A DNA stretch of 63,241 nt, filler included, from Caldilineae bacterium (GTDB lineage Bacteria; Chloroflexota; Anaerolineae; DTLA01), in assembly GCA_037446815.1 (NCBI GenBank). It is 3 parts of 3 records of this genome, joined end to end, with 100 filler letters (N's around TTAATTAATTAA, not from the genome) between each part and the next. Parts side by side here need not be neighbours in the genome. Positions count along the whole stretch, not along the records: positions 1 to 21,812 come from JBBIHX010000039.1; 2 more parts are not named here. One strand, written 5' to 3'. Position 1 is the stretch's first letter; each line of letters starts with the position of its first letter. The position numbers and the translations under genes are program-made. A model generated the notes under the pieces. It had not been told where the DNA came from. It saw only the letters and a list, made by a program, of their open reading frames with translations, and made no database searches. Positions 1 through 12,821 of the stretch are shown one piece after another.

Positions 1-20
1 CCAGGGGTGAGGGCCATCGT

Positions 21-172
21 TCCCTCTCCCCGCGGGAGAGGGCTAGGGTGAGGGCGCCGTTCCCTCTCCCTCTGGGAGAGGGCTAGGGTGAGGGCGCCGT
101 TCCCTCTCCCCGCGGGAGAGGGCTAGGGTGAGGGCCATCGCCCCGCGGGAGAGGGCTAGGGTGAGGCGCCGT
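21..172. repeat. Tandem array of a 40-bp palindromic REP-like unit (TCCCTCTCCC-N3-GGGAGAGGGCTAGGGTGAGGG), 3 full copies plus a partial one
   Basis: 40-bp period at 21, 61, 101 and a partial unit at 141. Related single units at about 14825-14875, 16820-16855, 23240-23275 and 35290-35325. Confidence 0.85.
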
Positions 173-176
173 CCCC

Positions 177-326
177 GAGTCGGTTCCAAAGTCTGTTGGT
201 GGCTGTCATTGCGAGGGCACGCAGTGCCCGAAGCAATCTCCGGGGCGTGGGATTGCTTCGCTTCGCTCGCAATGACACACGAGGAGAGTGCGCCTACGGT
301 TCACCAACACAAGATGAAACCGACTC
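177..326 (+). mobile_element. MITE-like element, cargo type A
   Basis: Ends GAGTCGGTTCCAAAGTCTGTTGG...CCAACACAAGATGAAACCGACTC. Flanked by the perfect 8-bp direct repeat CCGTCCCC (169-176, 327-334). Confidence 0.85.
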
Positions 327-341
327 CCGTCCCCGCGCCGC

Positions 342-370
342 TTGACAGGCGGGCAAGGTTTGTATATCCT
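342..370 (+). promoter_or_regulatory. sigma70-type promoter of the dprA operon
   Basis: TTGACA (342-347), 17 bp, TATCCT (365-370). Confidence 0.7.
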
Positions 371-392
371 TGCCCAAAGGAGAGAGCAGGGA

Positions 393-1499
393 TTGGACGA
401 GGTCGCGTTCTGGGTTGGGTTCAACCTCGTGCCAGGCATAGGCCCGAAGCGCATCCGCATGCTACTGGATCACTTCGGCGACCTGTCGCGCGCGTGGGAG
501 GCAACCGCCTGGGACTTGGCCGCCGCCGGGCTGGACGGCCGGTGCATCCAGGCGCTCCAGGAGACCCGTGCGAAAGTCTCTCTGGAGCGCGAACTGGCCC
601 GCGTGGAACGCGCCGGCGCGCGAGTCCTGACATGGCGCGACCCCGACTATCCGCGCCTCCTCCGCAACATCGCGGCTTCGCCGCCGGTTCTGTACGTCCG
701 GGGCACCATCCTGTCCCGCGACGAACTGGCGCTGGCGGTCGTCGGCACGCGCAAGGCCAGCACCTACGGCCGCGAGGTGGCCCACCTCCTGACATCGGAG
801 ATCGCGCGCTGCGGCGTTACCATCGTGAGCGGCCTGGCGCGCGGGATTGACGGAGAAGCGCATCGGGCCGCCCTATCGGCTGGGGGCCGCACCATCGCCG
901 TGCTGGGTTCGGGCGTGGATGTCATCTACCCTGCCGAGCACCGCGAACTGGCCGAACGCATCACGCGGAACGGCGCCCTGGTTAGCGAGTATCCCATGGG
1001 CGCCAAGCCGGAGGCGGGCAACTTCCCCGCGCGCAACCGAATCATCAGCGGCTTGGCGCTGGGGACGCTGGTCGTTGAGGCCGGGCGAGAAAGCGGCGCG
1101 CTGCTCACGGCCCGCCACGCGCTGGAGCAGGGCCGAGACGTATTCGCCGTTCCGGGCAACATCCTGGCGGCGGGCAGCCGTGGCGTCAACGAACTCATCC
1201 GCGACGGCGCCAAGCCCGTCGTGTGTGCCGAGGACATCCTCCAGGAACTCAACCTGAACATGGTGCAGGAATTCGTAGAAGCGCGGGAGAGCCTGCCCGC
1301 CACGAGCAGCGAGGCCCTGCTCTTGCAGCATCTGGCCGCAGAGCCGACCCATGTGGACGAACTGGTGCGCGCCACCGGCATGTCCATCGCCGACGTGAAC
1401 AGCACACTGGTGATGATGGAACTCAAGGGGCTGGTGCGGCACGTGGGCAGCATGAACTACGTCGCCGTGCGCGAGGGGCGGCAGGGCTATCGCCCGTAA
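393..1499 (+). CDS. dprA: DNA-processing protein DprA (Smf)
   Basis: Motifs AVVGTR, VSGLARGID, FPARNRIISGL and a C-terminal winged helix. Likely TTG start at 393 after a purine-rich RBS. Confidence 0.95.
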   Translation: MDEVAFWVGFNLVPGIGPKRIRMLLDHFGDLSRAWEATAWDLAAAGLDGRCIQALQETRAKVSLERELARVERAGARVLTWRDPDYPRLLRNIAASPPVLYVRGTILSRDELALAVVGTRKASTYGREVAHLLTSEIARCGVTIVSGLARGIDGEAHRAALSAGGRTIAVLGSGVDVIYPAEHRELAERITRNGALVSEYPMGAKPEAGNFPARNRIISGLALGTLVVEAGRESGALLTARHALEQGRDVFAVPGNILAAGSRGVNELIRDGAKPVVCAEDILQELNLNMVQEFVEARESLPATSSEALLLQHLAAEPTHVDELVRATGMSIADVNSTLVMMELKGLVRHVGSMNYVAVREGRQGYRP

Positions 1500-1520
1500 C
1501 ACTTTGTTGGGAAGGGAGAT

Positions 1521-2603
1521 TTGACCATCGCTACGCTGAACATTTTGATCCTGGCGGGCGGACTGGGCACCCGTTTGTGGCCCAGCAGCCGCGAACACAT
1601 GCCCAAGCACCTTCTGTCTCTGACCGGAGAGCATTCGCTCCTGCGGGAAACCTATCTTCGCATCGCCCCCCTGGTGGAACCGCACCAGGTGTACGTGGCC
1701 ACGGCCGCGGCCCATGCAGACCAGGTGCGCGACCAATTGCCCGAATTGCCGCCGGAAAACATCCTCGTGGAGCCCATGGGCAAGGGCACGGCCCCGTGCA
1801 TTGGCCTGGCCGCGCTGCACATGCGGCGCAAGAACCCCGATGCCGTCATGGCATCGCTGCACGCCGACCACGTGATTCTGGATCCCGAAGGGTTCCGCGC
1901 GGCCTTGAAGGCGGCGGTTGTCCTCGCCGAGCAGGGCTACATCGCCACGCTGGGCATCACGCCGCGCTGGGCCGAGACCGGCTTCGGCTACATTGAGCGC
2001 GGCCAGCCGTTGGATGACGCCGTCGCCATGCCCGCCTACCATGTCATCCAGTTCACCGAGAAGCCCAACGCCGACAGGGCGCGGCAGTTCGTGGAGAGCG
2101 GCCGATACTACTGGAACAGCGGCATCTTCGTCTGGAAACTGTCCCGCATCCTGGACGACATGCGGCACCTGCTGCCCGAGTTGAGCGCCGCGCTGGACGA
2201 GATAGACTGCGCGCTGGACACGCCCCACGCATGCGCAGTCCTGGAGCGCGTATGGCCCACCATCCAGCCCATTACGGTGGACGTGGGCATCATGGAGAAG
2301 GCGCGGCGCGTCGCCGTCATCCCCATCTCCGTCGGCTGGAACGACGTGGGGTCGTGGAAGGCCGTGGCCGAAGTCATCCCGGCGGATGAGGACGGCAACG
2401 TCATCGTAGGCGAGAACGTCATCCTGGACACGACCGGCACCCTCATCTGGGGCGGCAAGCGGCTCGTCGCCGCCATCGGCCTGAGGGACATGGTCATCGT
2501 GGACACCGACGACGTGCTCCTCGTCTGCCCGAAGGATCGGGCGCAGGACGTGAAGGTCCTTGTGGACATGCTCCGCAAGGCGAACAAGCGACAGTACCTC
2601 TAG
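1521..2603 (+). CDS. manC: Mannose-1-phosphate guanylyltransferase
   Basis: Motifs ILAGGLGTRLWPSSR..PK, FTEKP, WNSGIF and WNDVGSW. Confidence 0.9.
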   Translation: MTIATLNILILAGGLGTRLWPSSREHMPKHLLSLTGEHSLLRETYLRIAPLVEPHQVYVATAAAHADQVRDQLPELPPENILVEPMGKGTAPCIGLAALHMRRKNPDAVMASLHADHVILDPEGFRAALKAAVVLAEQGYIATLGITPRWAETGFGYIERGQPLDDAVAMPAYHVIQFTEKPNADRARQFVESGRYYWNSGIFVWKLSRILDDMRHLLPELSAALDEIDCALDTPHACAVLERVWPTIQPITVDVGIMEKARRVAVIPISVGWNDVGSWKAVAEVIPADEDGNVIVGENVILDTTGTLIWGGKRLVAAIGLRDMVIVDTDDVLLVCPKDRAQDVKVLVDMLRKANKRQYL

Positions 2604-2627
2604 ACGACGCAAAGCGAGGCGCATAAC

Positions 2628-4982
<2,355 letters not shown>

Positions 4983-4992
4983 GCAGCCGTGT

Positions 4993-5988
4993 ATGCAAAC
5001 GCAAACCGAGAGCACAAAGCCGTCTGTCCTGCAGATGCACCTGGACCGCTTTGTCGCCTACCTGCAGCACGAGAAGGGCGCGTCTCCGTACACCATCAAG
5101 AATTACAGCACCGAGATTCGCGAGTTCATTGACTTTGCGACAGACGAGGACGTGGCCGACTGGTCGGCCGTGGATGTGCCGCTCATTCGCCGCTACCTCT
5201 TGTGGCTCAGCAGCCGCAACCTGGCCCAGGCCAGCGTCGCCCGCCGATTGTCCGAACTCCGCTCCTTCGCGCAGTACCTCATGCGCAACGGCGACATCGC
5301 GCAGAATCCCTTCCGCCAGGTCTCGCTGCCCCGACTGCCGGAGCGTCTTCCCAGATACCTGGAGTACGGCGAGGTGCTCGCCATGCTCCGCGTGCCCGAC
5401 ATCTCCACCCCCGCCGGGCTTCGCGACCGCGCCATCCTGGAGGTGATGTACGCCAGCGGTATCCGCGTCTCCGAAGTGGCGGGCCTGAACGTCGGCGATT
5501 ACGAGCGCGATGAGGCGCGGCTGCGCGTGTGGGGCAAGGGCGCGAAGGAGCGAATCGCGTTCCTGGGCGAGCCGGCCATTCGGGCGCTAGACGCCTACAT
5601 CGCCGACGGGAGGCCGCGCCTGCTGGCCGCCGCCCACCGCCCCACCGCCACGAACGCCCTGTTCGTCAACCGCTTTGGCCTGCGCCTTTCGGTGCGCAGC
5701 GTGGATACCCTGGTGCGGGAGACGGCCCGCGCCGCCGGCATCACGCGCCGCGTAACGCCGCACGTGCTGCGCCACACGTTCGCCACCCACCTGCTCAACG
5801 GTGGAGCCGACCTCCGCTTCATCCAGGAGATGCTGGGCCATTCGGACATCTCCACCACCCAAATCTACACCCACGTGAGCCAGGAGCGGCTCCGCGAAGT
5901 GTACCTGCGCGCCCACCCGCGTTCGCGCGCCGACAACAGCAGCGACAGACTGTCGCCTGGCGCCAACCCCACCACTGTGGCACGCTGA
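4993..5988 (+). CDS. xerC: Tyrosine recombinase XerC/XerD
   Basis: [46 protein letters not shown]. Classic position after topA. Confidence 0.85.
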   Translation: MQTQTESTKPSVLQMHLDRFVAYLQHEKGASPYTIKNYSTEIREFIDFATDEDVADWSAVDVPLIRRYLLWLSSRNLAQASVARRLSELRSFAQYLMRNGDIAQNPFRQVSLPRLPERLPRYLEYGEVLAMLRVPDISTPAGLRDRAILEVMYASGIRVSEVAGLNVGDYERDEARLRVWGKGAKERIAFLGEPAIRALDAYIADGRPRLLAAAHRPTATNALFVNRFGLRLSVRSVDTLVRETARAAGITRRVTPHVLRHTFATHLLNGGADLRFIQEMLGHSDISTTQIYTHVSQERLREVYLRAHPRSRADNSSDRLSPGANPTTVAR

Positions 5989-6010
5989 TTGCACATGCGA
6001 GAGGAGAACG

Positions 6011-7096
6011 ATGAACATGACGGCAACGACTATGGAACGACTCACCAAACTTCGGGGGCGGATGGCTGCGCTAGAACTGCCCGCCATGCTGATTACGCAG
6101 CCGCTCAACCGCTACTATCTGAGCGGGTTTTCGGGCTCCGCGGGCACGCTGTTCGTGTCCCCGGACCGCGCTATCCTGCTCACCGACTCGCGGTACACAG
6201 AGCGCGCCACGAGCGAGGCGCCGGGCTTTGAGATCAAACTGGAGCGGGACGTGGCTCAGGCCCTGCCCGACCTTCTCGCTCAGGCGGGCGTGAGCCGCGT
6301 GGGGTTTGAGAGCGCGCACCTCACCTGCGCGGAGTACAAGGCGTGGGCCGAAAAGGTCGGCGAGGCCGCCCTCGTGCCAACCCAGAACGTGGTGGAGGGC
6401 TTGCGGGCCGTGAAGGAACCGGAGGAACTGCACCTCATCCGCAAGGCCGTGGAAATCGCCGACGCCGCCTACGCCCACCTGAAGCAGACCATCCGCCCGG
6501 GCATGACCGAGAAACAGATCGCGTGGGACTTGGAGGTCTGGATGCGGACCCACGGCGCGGACGGCATCGCCTTTACCATCATCGTGGGGTCTGGGCCCAA
6601 CGGCGCCATGCCCCACGCTCTGGCGTCGGATCGCGAAATCCAAGCGGGCGAACCCATCGTAGTGGACATGGGGGCAAGGGTGCAGGGCTACCACTCCGAC
6701 CTCACGCGGACATTGTGGCTTGGCGAGGCCAATGGCACATTCCGCCAGGTGTACGACATCGTCCTCCGCGCCCAGCAGGCCGCCGAAGCGCGGCTGGCGC
6801 CCGGCGTGCCGGGGCCCGACGTGGACGCCACCGCCCGCGCCATCATCACCGAGGCCGGATACGGCGATAACTTCGGCCACGGCCTGGGCCACGGCGTAGG
6901 GCTGGCCGTCCACGAGTTGCCCGGCCTCGGCCAGCGCACGCAGGACACTCTCGCGCCCGGGCATGTCGTAACGGTGGAGCCGGGAATTTACCTCACCGGC
7001 TGGGGCGGCGTCCGCATAGAGGACATGGCGCTCATCACCGAATCCGGCGCGGAGATCCTGACCAAGGCCGACAAGGACCCGTTCGTGCGGATTTGA
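6011..7096 (+). CDS. Xaa-Pro aminopeptidase (M24B family)
   Basis: [36 protein letters not shown]. Confidence 0.92.
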   Translation: MNMTATTMERLTKLRGRMAALELPAMLITQPLNRYYLSGFSGSAGTLFVSPDRAILLTDSRYTERATSEAPGFEIKLERDVAQALPDLLAQAGVSRVGFESAHLTCAEYKAWAEKVGEAALVPTQNVVEGLRAVKEPEELHLIRKAVEIADAAYAHLKQTIRPGMTEKQIAWDLEVWMRTHGADGIAFTIIVGSGPNGAMPHALASDREIQAGEPIVVDMGARVQGYHSDLTRTLWLGEANGTFRQVYDIVLRAQQAAEARLAPGVPGPDVDATARAIITEAGYGDNFGHGLGHGVGLAVHELPGLGQRTQDTLAPGHVVTVEPGIYLTGWGGVRIEDMALITESGAEILTKADKDPFVRI

Positions 7097-7159
7097 GTTG
7101 CGGGTGGCGGGCCGCTTGCAACGAAGCGCCCGCCGCCATTCTGAATAGCGGAGGCAGGG

Positions 7160-7450
7160 CTGTCATCTGGGGCGCGGAGCGCCGAAGAATCTCGCCGACC
7201 GAGATGCTTCGCCTTCGCCTCAACAGGACACCANNNNNNNNNNNNNNNNNNNNNNNNNNNNNNNNNNNNNNNNNNNNNNNNNNNNNNNNNNNNNNNNNNN
7301 NNNNNNNNNNNNNNNNNNNNNNNNNNNNNNNNNCGACCGAGATGCTTCGCCTTCGCCTCAACAGGACACCACGAAAACCGTCATTCTGAGGCGCGAAGCG
7401 CCGAAGAATCTCGGCGACCGAGATGCTTCGCCTTCGCCTCAGCAGGACAC
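7160..7450. repeat. Tandem REP-like cassettes spanning a 100-N assembly gap (7234-7333)
   Basis: CGACCGAGATGCTTCGCCTTCGCCTCA(A/G)CAGGACAC occurs at about 7196, 7334 and 7415. Confidence 0.75.
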
Positions 7451-7479
7451 AGCAGGGAGGTCAACCGACGCACGAGGAG

Positions 7480-7629
7480 GATTCGGTTCCAAAGTTTCTT
7501 GGTAGCCGTCATTGCGAGGGCACAGAGTGCCCGAAGCAATCCCCGGGGTGTGGGATTGCTTCGCTTCGCTCGCAATGACACATGGGGAGTGTGCGCCTAC
7601 GGTTCACCAACACAAGATGGAACCGACGC
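7480..7629 (+). mobile_element. MITE-like element, cargo type A
   Basis: GATTCGGTTCCAAAGT...CCAACACAAGATGGAACCGAC with the same interior as 177-326. No clear target-site duplication. Confidence 0.7.
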
Positions 7630-7778
7630 GCGCGAAGAGCGTGCGTTGAGTCCAATACGCAGGCGGGCATTGTTCGCAGCGCAATATTGTGCTAGAATGT
7701 AGCAACGTCCAGGGTAGTGCGCGGATGGCGGCGACTCCCGTAGCGCGCTCCGCGCAGCAGCACCTCACAACAGGAGGG

Positions 7779-8804
7779 ATGAACATGTTGGCGTCATTCA
7801 AGAAGAAGGAAACCCTTGTGGCCTGTGCCGCGGGGCTCATTGTGGGACTCCTGCTGGGCTGGCTTGTCATCGGGTGGTGGCTCTGGCCCGTGAAATGGGT
7901 GGACGCCGACCCGTGGGACTTGCGCGCCGAGCACAAGCAGGCCTACGTGGCCATGGTGGCCGATTCCCTGGCCACCAACGGCGACTCGGGCCTGGCCGAG
8001 CAGCGCCTCCGCCACTGGGACCGGAAGGAACTCGCCGCGATTCTCCAGCAACTGATTGAGGACCGCCGGGCTCGGCAAATGGGGCTGGAGGCCCAGAACC
8101 TGGAGATGCTGCGCGACACGCTGCGGCTGGAAGCGACCGCCCCGGCCCCTGCCCCAACCGCCACCCCTCAGCCGTCGGCCAAAGGCAAGACGGGGTTCGC
8201 CCGATGGCTCCCCGTCATCCTGGGCGTCGTAGTGCTGGCGCTCCTCGCCCTGGCCGCCATCGGCTGGCTCACGCGCAAGCAGAGGGGCGCCAAGGGCGCA
8301 GCCGTGCGGCGTCCCGCGCCTGCGCCGGAGACCGCAGCCCCGGCGCCTGGGGAGACCATGCGCCTGGCCAGCCATCAGGCCACCTACCGCTTCGGCGAGG
8401 CCTCTTACGACGAGTCCTTCAGCATTGAGTCGCCCGAAGGGGAATTCCTTGGCGAATGCGGCATGGGCATCAGCGAGACGCTGGCCGAAGGCTTGCCCAA
8501 CCGCGTTACCGCCCTGGAAATCTGGCTCTTTGACAAGACGGACATCCGCACCGTAACCAAGGTCCTCATGAGCGAGTGGGCCTACAAGAACCCGGACATG
8601 CGCGCCGTCCTCGCCCCCAAGGGCGAACTCCTGCTCGCCGCGCCGGGGGAGGAGATTATCCTGGAAACGGAGCGCCTGCGCCTGAAGGCCACCATCGCCG
8701 AGGTCTCCTACGGCGGCGAGGAGCCCGTCAACAGTTACTTTGAGCGGCTCGTCGTGCGCATGGAGCCGTCCCTGAAGCCCGCATCCGAACCGACCGCCGG
8801 CTAA
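7779..8804 (+). CDS. Hypothetical membrane protein (two hydrophobic segments, Pro/Ala linkers, globular C-terminal domain)
   Basis: Long ORF after RBS AGGAGG. Promoter-like TTGTTC-17-TAGAAT at 7670-7698. Confidence 0.75.
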   Translation: MNMLASFKKKETLVACAAGLIVGLLLGWLVIGWWLWPVKWVDADPWDLRAEHKQAYVAMVADSLATNGDSGLAEQRLRHWDRKELAAILQQLIEDRRARQMGLEAQNLEMLRDTLRLEATAPAPAPTATPQPSAKGKTGFARWLPVILGVVVLALLALAAIGWLTRKQRGAKGAAVRRPAPAPETAAPAPGETMRLASHQATYRFGEASYDESFSIESPEGEFLGECGMGISETLAEGLPNRVTALEIWLFDKTDIRTVTKVLMSEWAYKNPDMRAVLAPKGELLLAAPGEEIILETERLRLKATIAEVSYGGEEPVNSYFERLVVRMEPSLKPASEPTAG

Positions 8805-8821
8805 TCTATCGGCGACAGAGA

Positions 8822-8858
8822 ACGCGCTGCGGAGGGAATCTTCCGCAGCGCGTGTTTT
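8822..8858. terminator. Intrinsic terminator between convergent genes
   Basis: ACGCGCTGCGGA...TCCGCAGCGCGT stem followed by GTTTT. Confidence 0.7.
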
Positions 8859-8860
8859 CG

Positions 8861-10015
8861 CTACACCTGCACCGACGGGTCAAACAGCCGCTGGTGCTCC
8901 TGGATGGCAAAACGGTCCGTCATCCCCGCGATGTAGTCGCACACCACACAGGCCAAATCGCCGGTCTGTGAGGCGCGCTCCTCCACCGAAAACGGCAGTT
9001 GCGCCGGGTTGCTCATGTAGGCGTGGAACAAATCACCGATCATCCGCTTCGCCTTCTGCGACATGCGCACCATGCGATAGTGGCGGTAGAAGTTCCGCAG
9101 CAGGAAATCCTTCAGCGCGCGGTTCTTGCGCCGCAACTCCTCGGAAAACCGCACGATGGGGACGCCCAGGTTGCGCACATCCTCCACGGAGCGAACGTTG
9201 TGCTCCGTCAGCAATCGGCTCGTTTCGCTCACCACATCGGTAACCTCCCGCCCGATGAGTTTGCGAATGATGCGATGGCGCGTGAGTTCGTCAAAGGTCC
9301 CCGCAGGCGCGCCCACCGCCGCCAGCAACTCCTCCCAGAGTTCCATGCCCCGCAGCATGTCCGGGTGTAGGATGCCCGCCCGAAGGCCGTCGTCCAGGTC
9401 GTGGGAGTTGTAGGCGATTTCGTCGGCCACGTTGACGATCTGCGCCTCTAGCGTCGCGGCCTTGTCCGGTTCGTAGCCGGTGGCGGCGCCCTTGTCGTAC
9501 TCGGTCTCGTGCTTGATCATCCCCTCACGCACTTCCCACGTCAGGTTGAGACCGCGAAATTCCGGGTAGCGGCGTTCCAACTCCTCCACGATGCGCAGGG
9601 ACTGATGATTGTGGTCAAACCCGCCGCGATCCTTCATGAGTTCGTTGAGCGCCTCCTCGCCCGAATGGCCAAAGGGCGTGTGCCCCAAATCGTGGGCCAG
9701 CGAGATGGCCTCGGCCAGGTCCTCGTTGGCTCCGAGGGCGCGGGCGATGGTGCGGGCAATCTGCGCCACCTCCAGCGTATGCGTCAGCCGCGTGCGGTAG
9801 TAGTCGCCCTCGGTGTTCACGAACACTTGCGTCTTGTACTCCAGCCTGCGGAAGGCTGTGGTGTGGATGATGCGGTCGCGGTCGCGCTGAAAGGCCGTGC
9901 GGTACGGGTGCTCGTCCTCCGGGTACTTGCGACCGCGCGACTGGCCGCTTTTCGCCGCATAGGGGGCCAGCGTCGCCGCCTCTATCTCCTCCAGTTTCTC
10001 TCGCGAGTAAATCAT
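8861..10015 (-). CDS. dgt: Deoxyguanosinetriphosphate triphosphohydrolase (dGTPase-like, HD domain)
   Basis: FQRDRDRIIH..AFRRLEYKTQVF, RTRLTHTLEV, AHDLGHTPFGHSGE, DYIAGMTD. Confidence 0.93.
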   Translation of the reverse strand: MIYSREKLEEIEAATLAPYAAKSGQSRGRKYPEDEHPYRTAFQRDRDRIIHTTAFRRLEYKTQVFVNTEGDYYRTRLTHTLEVAQIARTIARALGANEDLAEAISLAHDLGHTPFGHSGEEALNELMKDRGGFDHNHQSLRIVEELERRYPEFRGLNLTWEVREGMIKHETEYDKGAATGYEPDKAATLEAQIVNVADEIAYNSHDLDDGLRAGILHPDMLRGMELWEELLAAVGAPAGTFDELTRHRIIRKLIGREVTDVVSETSRLLTEHNVRSVEDVRNLGVPIVRFSEELRRKNRALKDFLLRNFYRHYRMVRMSQKAKRMIGDLFHAYMSNPAQLPFSVEERASQTGDLACVVCDYIAGMTDRFAIQEHQRLFDPSVQV

Positions 10016-10165
10016 CGTCCACCCCCTGCTCTTCAACGGTTCATCATGTCAGGACCACGACCTCTCCCTCTGCGCGCTCTGTGCCTCTCTCTGCCGTGTG
10101 CTCCTGCCTACGTGAAAACGCAATCTCCGGCGGGCACCGCACCTCACCCCCCGCCTCTGCCCCTC

Positions 10166-10229
10166 AGTGTAGTCGGAGTCCGCGCCCGTGTCAACCCGAC
10201 TTGAACGCTCCCACGCCTTGCGGTATACT
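10166..10229. promoter_or_regulatory. Back-to-back divergent sigma70 promoters
   Basis: Minus strand TTGACA (10194-10189)-17-TACACT (10171-10166). Plus strand TTGAAC (10201)-17-TATACT (10224). Confidence 0.6.
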
Positions 10230-10267
10230 TGCGCCGAGGCTACGCACACCCCGAAAGGAGGCCGCAC

Positions 10268-10900
10268 ATGGTATTGGGGCCGCGCACATCGGAAGAACGG
10301 TACGGGCCGGCGCTGGAGAAGGCGCTGGGAGAATGGAAAACGCGCGAGCCGCAGGAGACCGCCTGGAAGGCTGGCGCCGACTACGACACCGCGTCGGGCC
10401 TCGTGTCCCTGACGCTCACGGGCGAGAAGTACACCATCCGCCACCCGGACGGAGAGGTGAGGCTCGTCGGCAGCGACGGTGAGGTGCCCATCACCACGCG
10501 CATCCTGCTCCTGCACTACCTGCTCACCGCCGACGGCGCGCCGCCCGCCGGCAGATGGGTCTCATTCCGGGAACTCCCCGACGCGATGGTGTACGACCCC
10601 GCATTCCAGGGGCGCGCCAGCCACCGCATTCGCGCCCGCTTCGGCACCGACATAGACGCCTTCCACCGCGCCGCGCAGTCTCTCGGCGGAGACCGCCTCA
10701 CCTTCGGCGATGCGTCGTACCTGTTCCGCGCCTTGCCGCGCGTGTGGCTGGCGGTCATCGTGTACAAGGGCGACGAGGAGTTCTCGCCGTCGGCCAACGT
10801 CTTGTTTGACGCCGCGGCGGCCAACTATCTGCCGACCGAGGACCTGGCGGTGCTAGGCGGGTACCTGGCGTCGCGGCTCATCCACGCCGCCGGCAAATAG
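10268..10900 (+). CDS. DUF3786-like protein
   Basis: ILLLHYL, WVSFRELP.A..Y, GDEEF...ANVLFD, LPTEDLAVLG. RBS AAGGAGG. Confidence 0.75.
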   Translation: MVLGPRTSEERYGPALEKALGEWKTREPQETAWKAGADYDTASGLVSLTLTGEKYTIRHPDGEVRLVGSDGEVPITTRILLLHYLLTADGAPPAGRWVSFRELPDAMVYDPAFQGRASHRIRARFGTDIDAFHRAAQSLGGDRLTFGDASYLFRALPRVWLAVIVYKGDEEFSPSANVLFDAAAANYLPTEDLAVLGGYLASRLIHAAGK

Positions 10901-10902
10901 GC

Positions 10903-11589
10903 ATGCGATTCCCCCACGCGCTGGTTCCGGGCCGATTCATGGCGCGGGACAATCGCTTCCGCGCCACGGTGGATGTGGCAGGGCGGCTCACGCCCGTGCA
11001 CGTCCCCAATTCCGGGCGCATGCGCGAACTCCTGGTCCCCGGCGCCGAGGTGCGACTCGCCCCCGCCGCCGCGCCCGGCCGCCGAACTGCTTTTGACCTC
11101 GCGCTCGTTCGCGGGCCGGGCGGCTGGGTCTCCGTGGACGCACGCCTGCCCCCGCGCCTGCTGGCCGAATGGCTGCGGAGCGGCGGCGGGGGCGTGCTGG
11201 CCGGGTGGCTCCCGCTGGATGCCGAGGTTGCGCTGGGGGATAGCCGCATAGACCTGGTGCTGGGGCGCGGCGACGACCGCTGCTGGGTGGAGACCAAGAG
11301 CGTAACCCTCGTGCGCGAAGGCGTGGCCCTGTTCCCCGACGCGCCCACCGAACGCGGCCGCCGTCACCTGAGCGCGCTCGCCGCGCTGGCCAAATCGGGA
11401 CGGCGCGCGGCGGTGGTGTTCGTGGCCCAACGCGCCGACGCCACCCGCTTCCGGCCCAACGACGAGACCGATCCGGCGTTCGGCGCGGCCCTGCGCGATG
11501 CCCGCCAGCGCGGCGTGATGGTAGTGTGCTGCGCCTGCCGCGTCGGCGAGGAGAGCATCGCGGTCATCGGCGAGATTCCCGTGGACTAG
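10903..11589 (+). CDS. sfsA: DNA/RNA nuclease SfsA
   Basis: HVPNSGRMRELLVPG, VETKSVTL, FPDAPTERGRRHL. Confidence 0.92.
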   Translation: MRFPHALVPGRFMARDNRFRATVDVAGRLTPVHVPNSGRMRELLVPGAEVRLAPAAAPGRRTAFDLALVRGPGGWVSVDARLPPRLLAEWLRSGGGGVLAGWLPLDAEVALGDSRIDLVLGRGDDRCWVETKSVTLVREGVALFPDAPTERGRRHLSALAALAKSGRRAAVVFVAQRADATRFRPNDETDPAFGAALRDARQRGVMVVCCACRVGEESIAVIGEIPVD

Positions 11590-12821
11590 CCTCTGTCCCT
11601 GTCCCGCTTCAGGAGCGATGCCCGCCGAATCGCGTCGCTCCCGAATTTGTCGCGGATTTCGTCCAGGGTGCGGGCCAGTTTGTCGTCGCGGGGATGGGTA
11701 TCGTCAAACAGGCCGAGTTGGCGGTAGGGCGCGCTCTCCAGGTTTGCCACGCCAACCCCCACAAGCCTGACCGGTCGCCCCTTCTCCCAGTTCCTCCGCC
11801 ACAGGTCCAGCGCCGTCTCATAGATGTCGCGAGCCGAGGCGGTGGGCATCGGCAGGGTCTCGCTGCGCAGTACTGTCGTGAAGTCGTGATAGCGAATCTT
11901 CAGCCGCACCGTGCGCCCCGCTTGGCCGCTGGCGCGCAGGCGAGCAGCCACCTTGTCGCTCAGGCGGAGCAACTCGTGGCGCAGGAAATCCTCGTCAGTC
12001 TGGTCCGTGGCGAAGGTCTCCTCGTTGCTCACCGACTTCGCCTGCCACTCGGTGATCACCGGACTGTCATCCTGACCCAGCGCCCGATACTTGAGCGAGA
12101 CCCCATGCGGCCCGAATGCCTCCACAAGCGTATCCTCCGACAGGGCCGCGAGGTCTCCGATGGTCTGCACGCCCAGGCGATGCAGCGCCGACGCCGTTAC
12201 CTTGCCCACGCCCCACAGGCGCTCCACCGGCAACGGCGCCAGAAACTCGGCCTCGCGCCCGTGCTCCACATACACGAACCCGTGGGGCTTGCGCAAATCC
12301 GAGGCGATCTTAGCCACCAGTTTGTTGGAGGCCAGGCCCACCGACGCCGACAGTCCCACTTCATCCATGACGCGCTGCTGGATACGCCGCGCCGCTTCCG
12401 GTATCGGCCCCCACAGGCGCTCGCACCCCGTCAGGTCCAGGAACGCCTCGTCAATGGAGACTTGCTCCAGCAGCGGCGAGAAGTCCCGCAAGATGGTCAT
12501 GACCCGCTCCGAGAACTCGCCGTAGACGCGGTGGCGCGGGGTTACCAGGATGGCCTCGGGGCAGAGTTTGAGCGCGCGGGCCGTGGGCATGGCCGAGCGC
12601 ACCCCGTACTTGCGGGCCGCATACGACGCCGACGACACAACGCCGCGCTGCGCGGGCGCCCCGCCCACGATGATGGGCTTGCCGCGCAGTTCCGGATTCA
12701 GCAACTCTTCCACCGACGCGAAGAAGGCGTCCAGGTCTATGTGCAGAATCCAGCGGAGGCGCTCCTCGGCGGGCCGAGCATTCTCTGATTTGCTGTCGGT
12801 TCCATGCGATGGGTACGGCAT
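11586..12821 (-). CDS. dinB: DNA polymerase IV
   Basis: ILHIDLDAFFASVE, SYAARKYGVRSAMP, SIDEAFLD, AKIASDLRKPHG. Exact start uncertain. Confidence 0.95.
   Translation of the reverse strand: MPYPSHGTDSKSENARPAEERLRWILHIDLDAFFASVEELLNPELRGKPIIVGGAPAQRGVVSSASYAARKYGVRSAMPTARALKLCPEAILVTPRHRVYGEFSERVMTILRDFSPLLEQVSIDEAFLDLTGCERLWGPIPEAARRIQQRVMDEVGLSASVGLASNKLVAKIASDLRKPHGFVYVEHGREAEFLAPLPVERLWGVGKVTASALHRLGVQTIGDLAALSEDTLVEAFGPHGVSLKYRALGQDDSPVITEWQAKSVSNEETFATDQTDEDFLRHELLRLSDKVAARLRASGQAGRTVRLKIRYHDFTTVLRSETLPMPTASARDIYETALDLWRRNWEKGRPVRLVGVGVANLESAPYRQLGLFDDTHPRDDKLARTLDEIRDKFGSDAIRRASLLKRDRDRG

Noticed and set aside
4993..5988. Tyrosine recombinase as a prophage or island integrase, or as the MITE mobiliser
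   Set aside because: XerC-like sequence in the housekeeping topA context. Variable 8-bp duplications point to a DDE transposase instead.
7160..7450. Repeats around the gap, and the 21-172 array, as possible CRISPR arrays
   Set aside because: No unique spacers of regular length and no cas genes. The units match dispersed REP-like cassettes.
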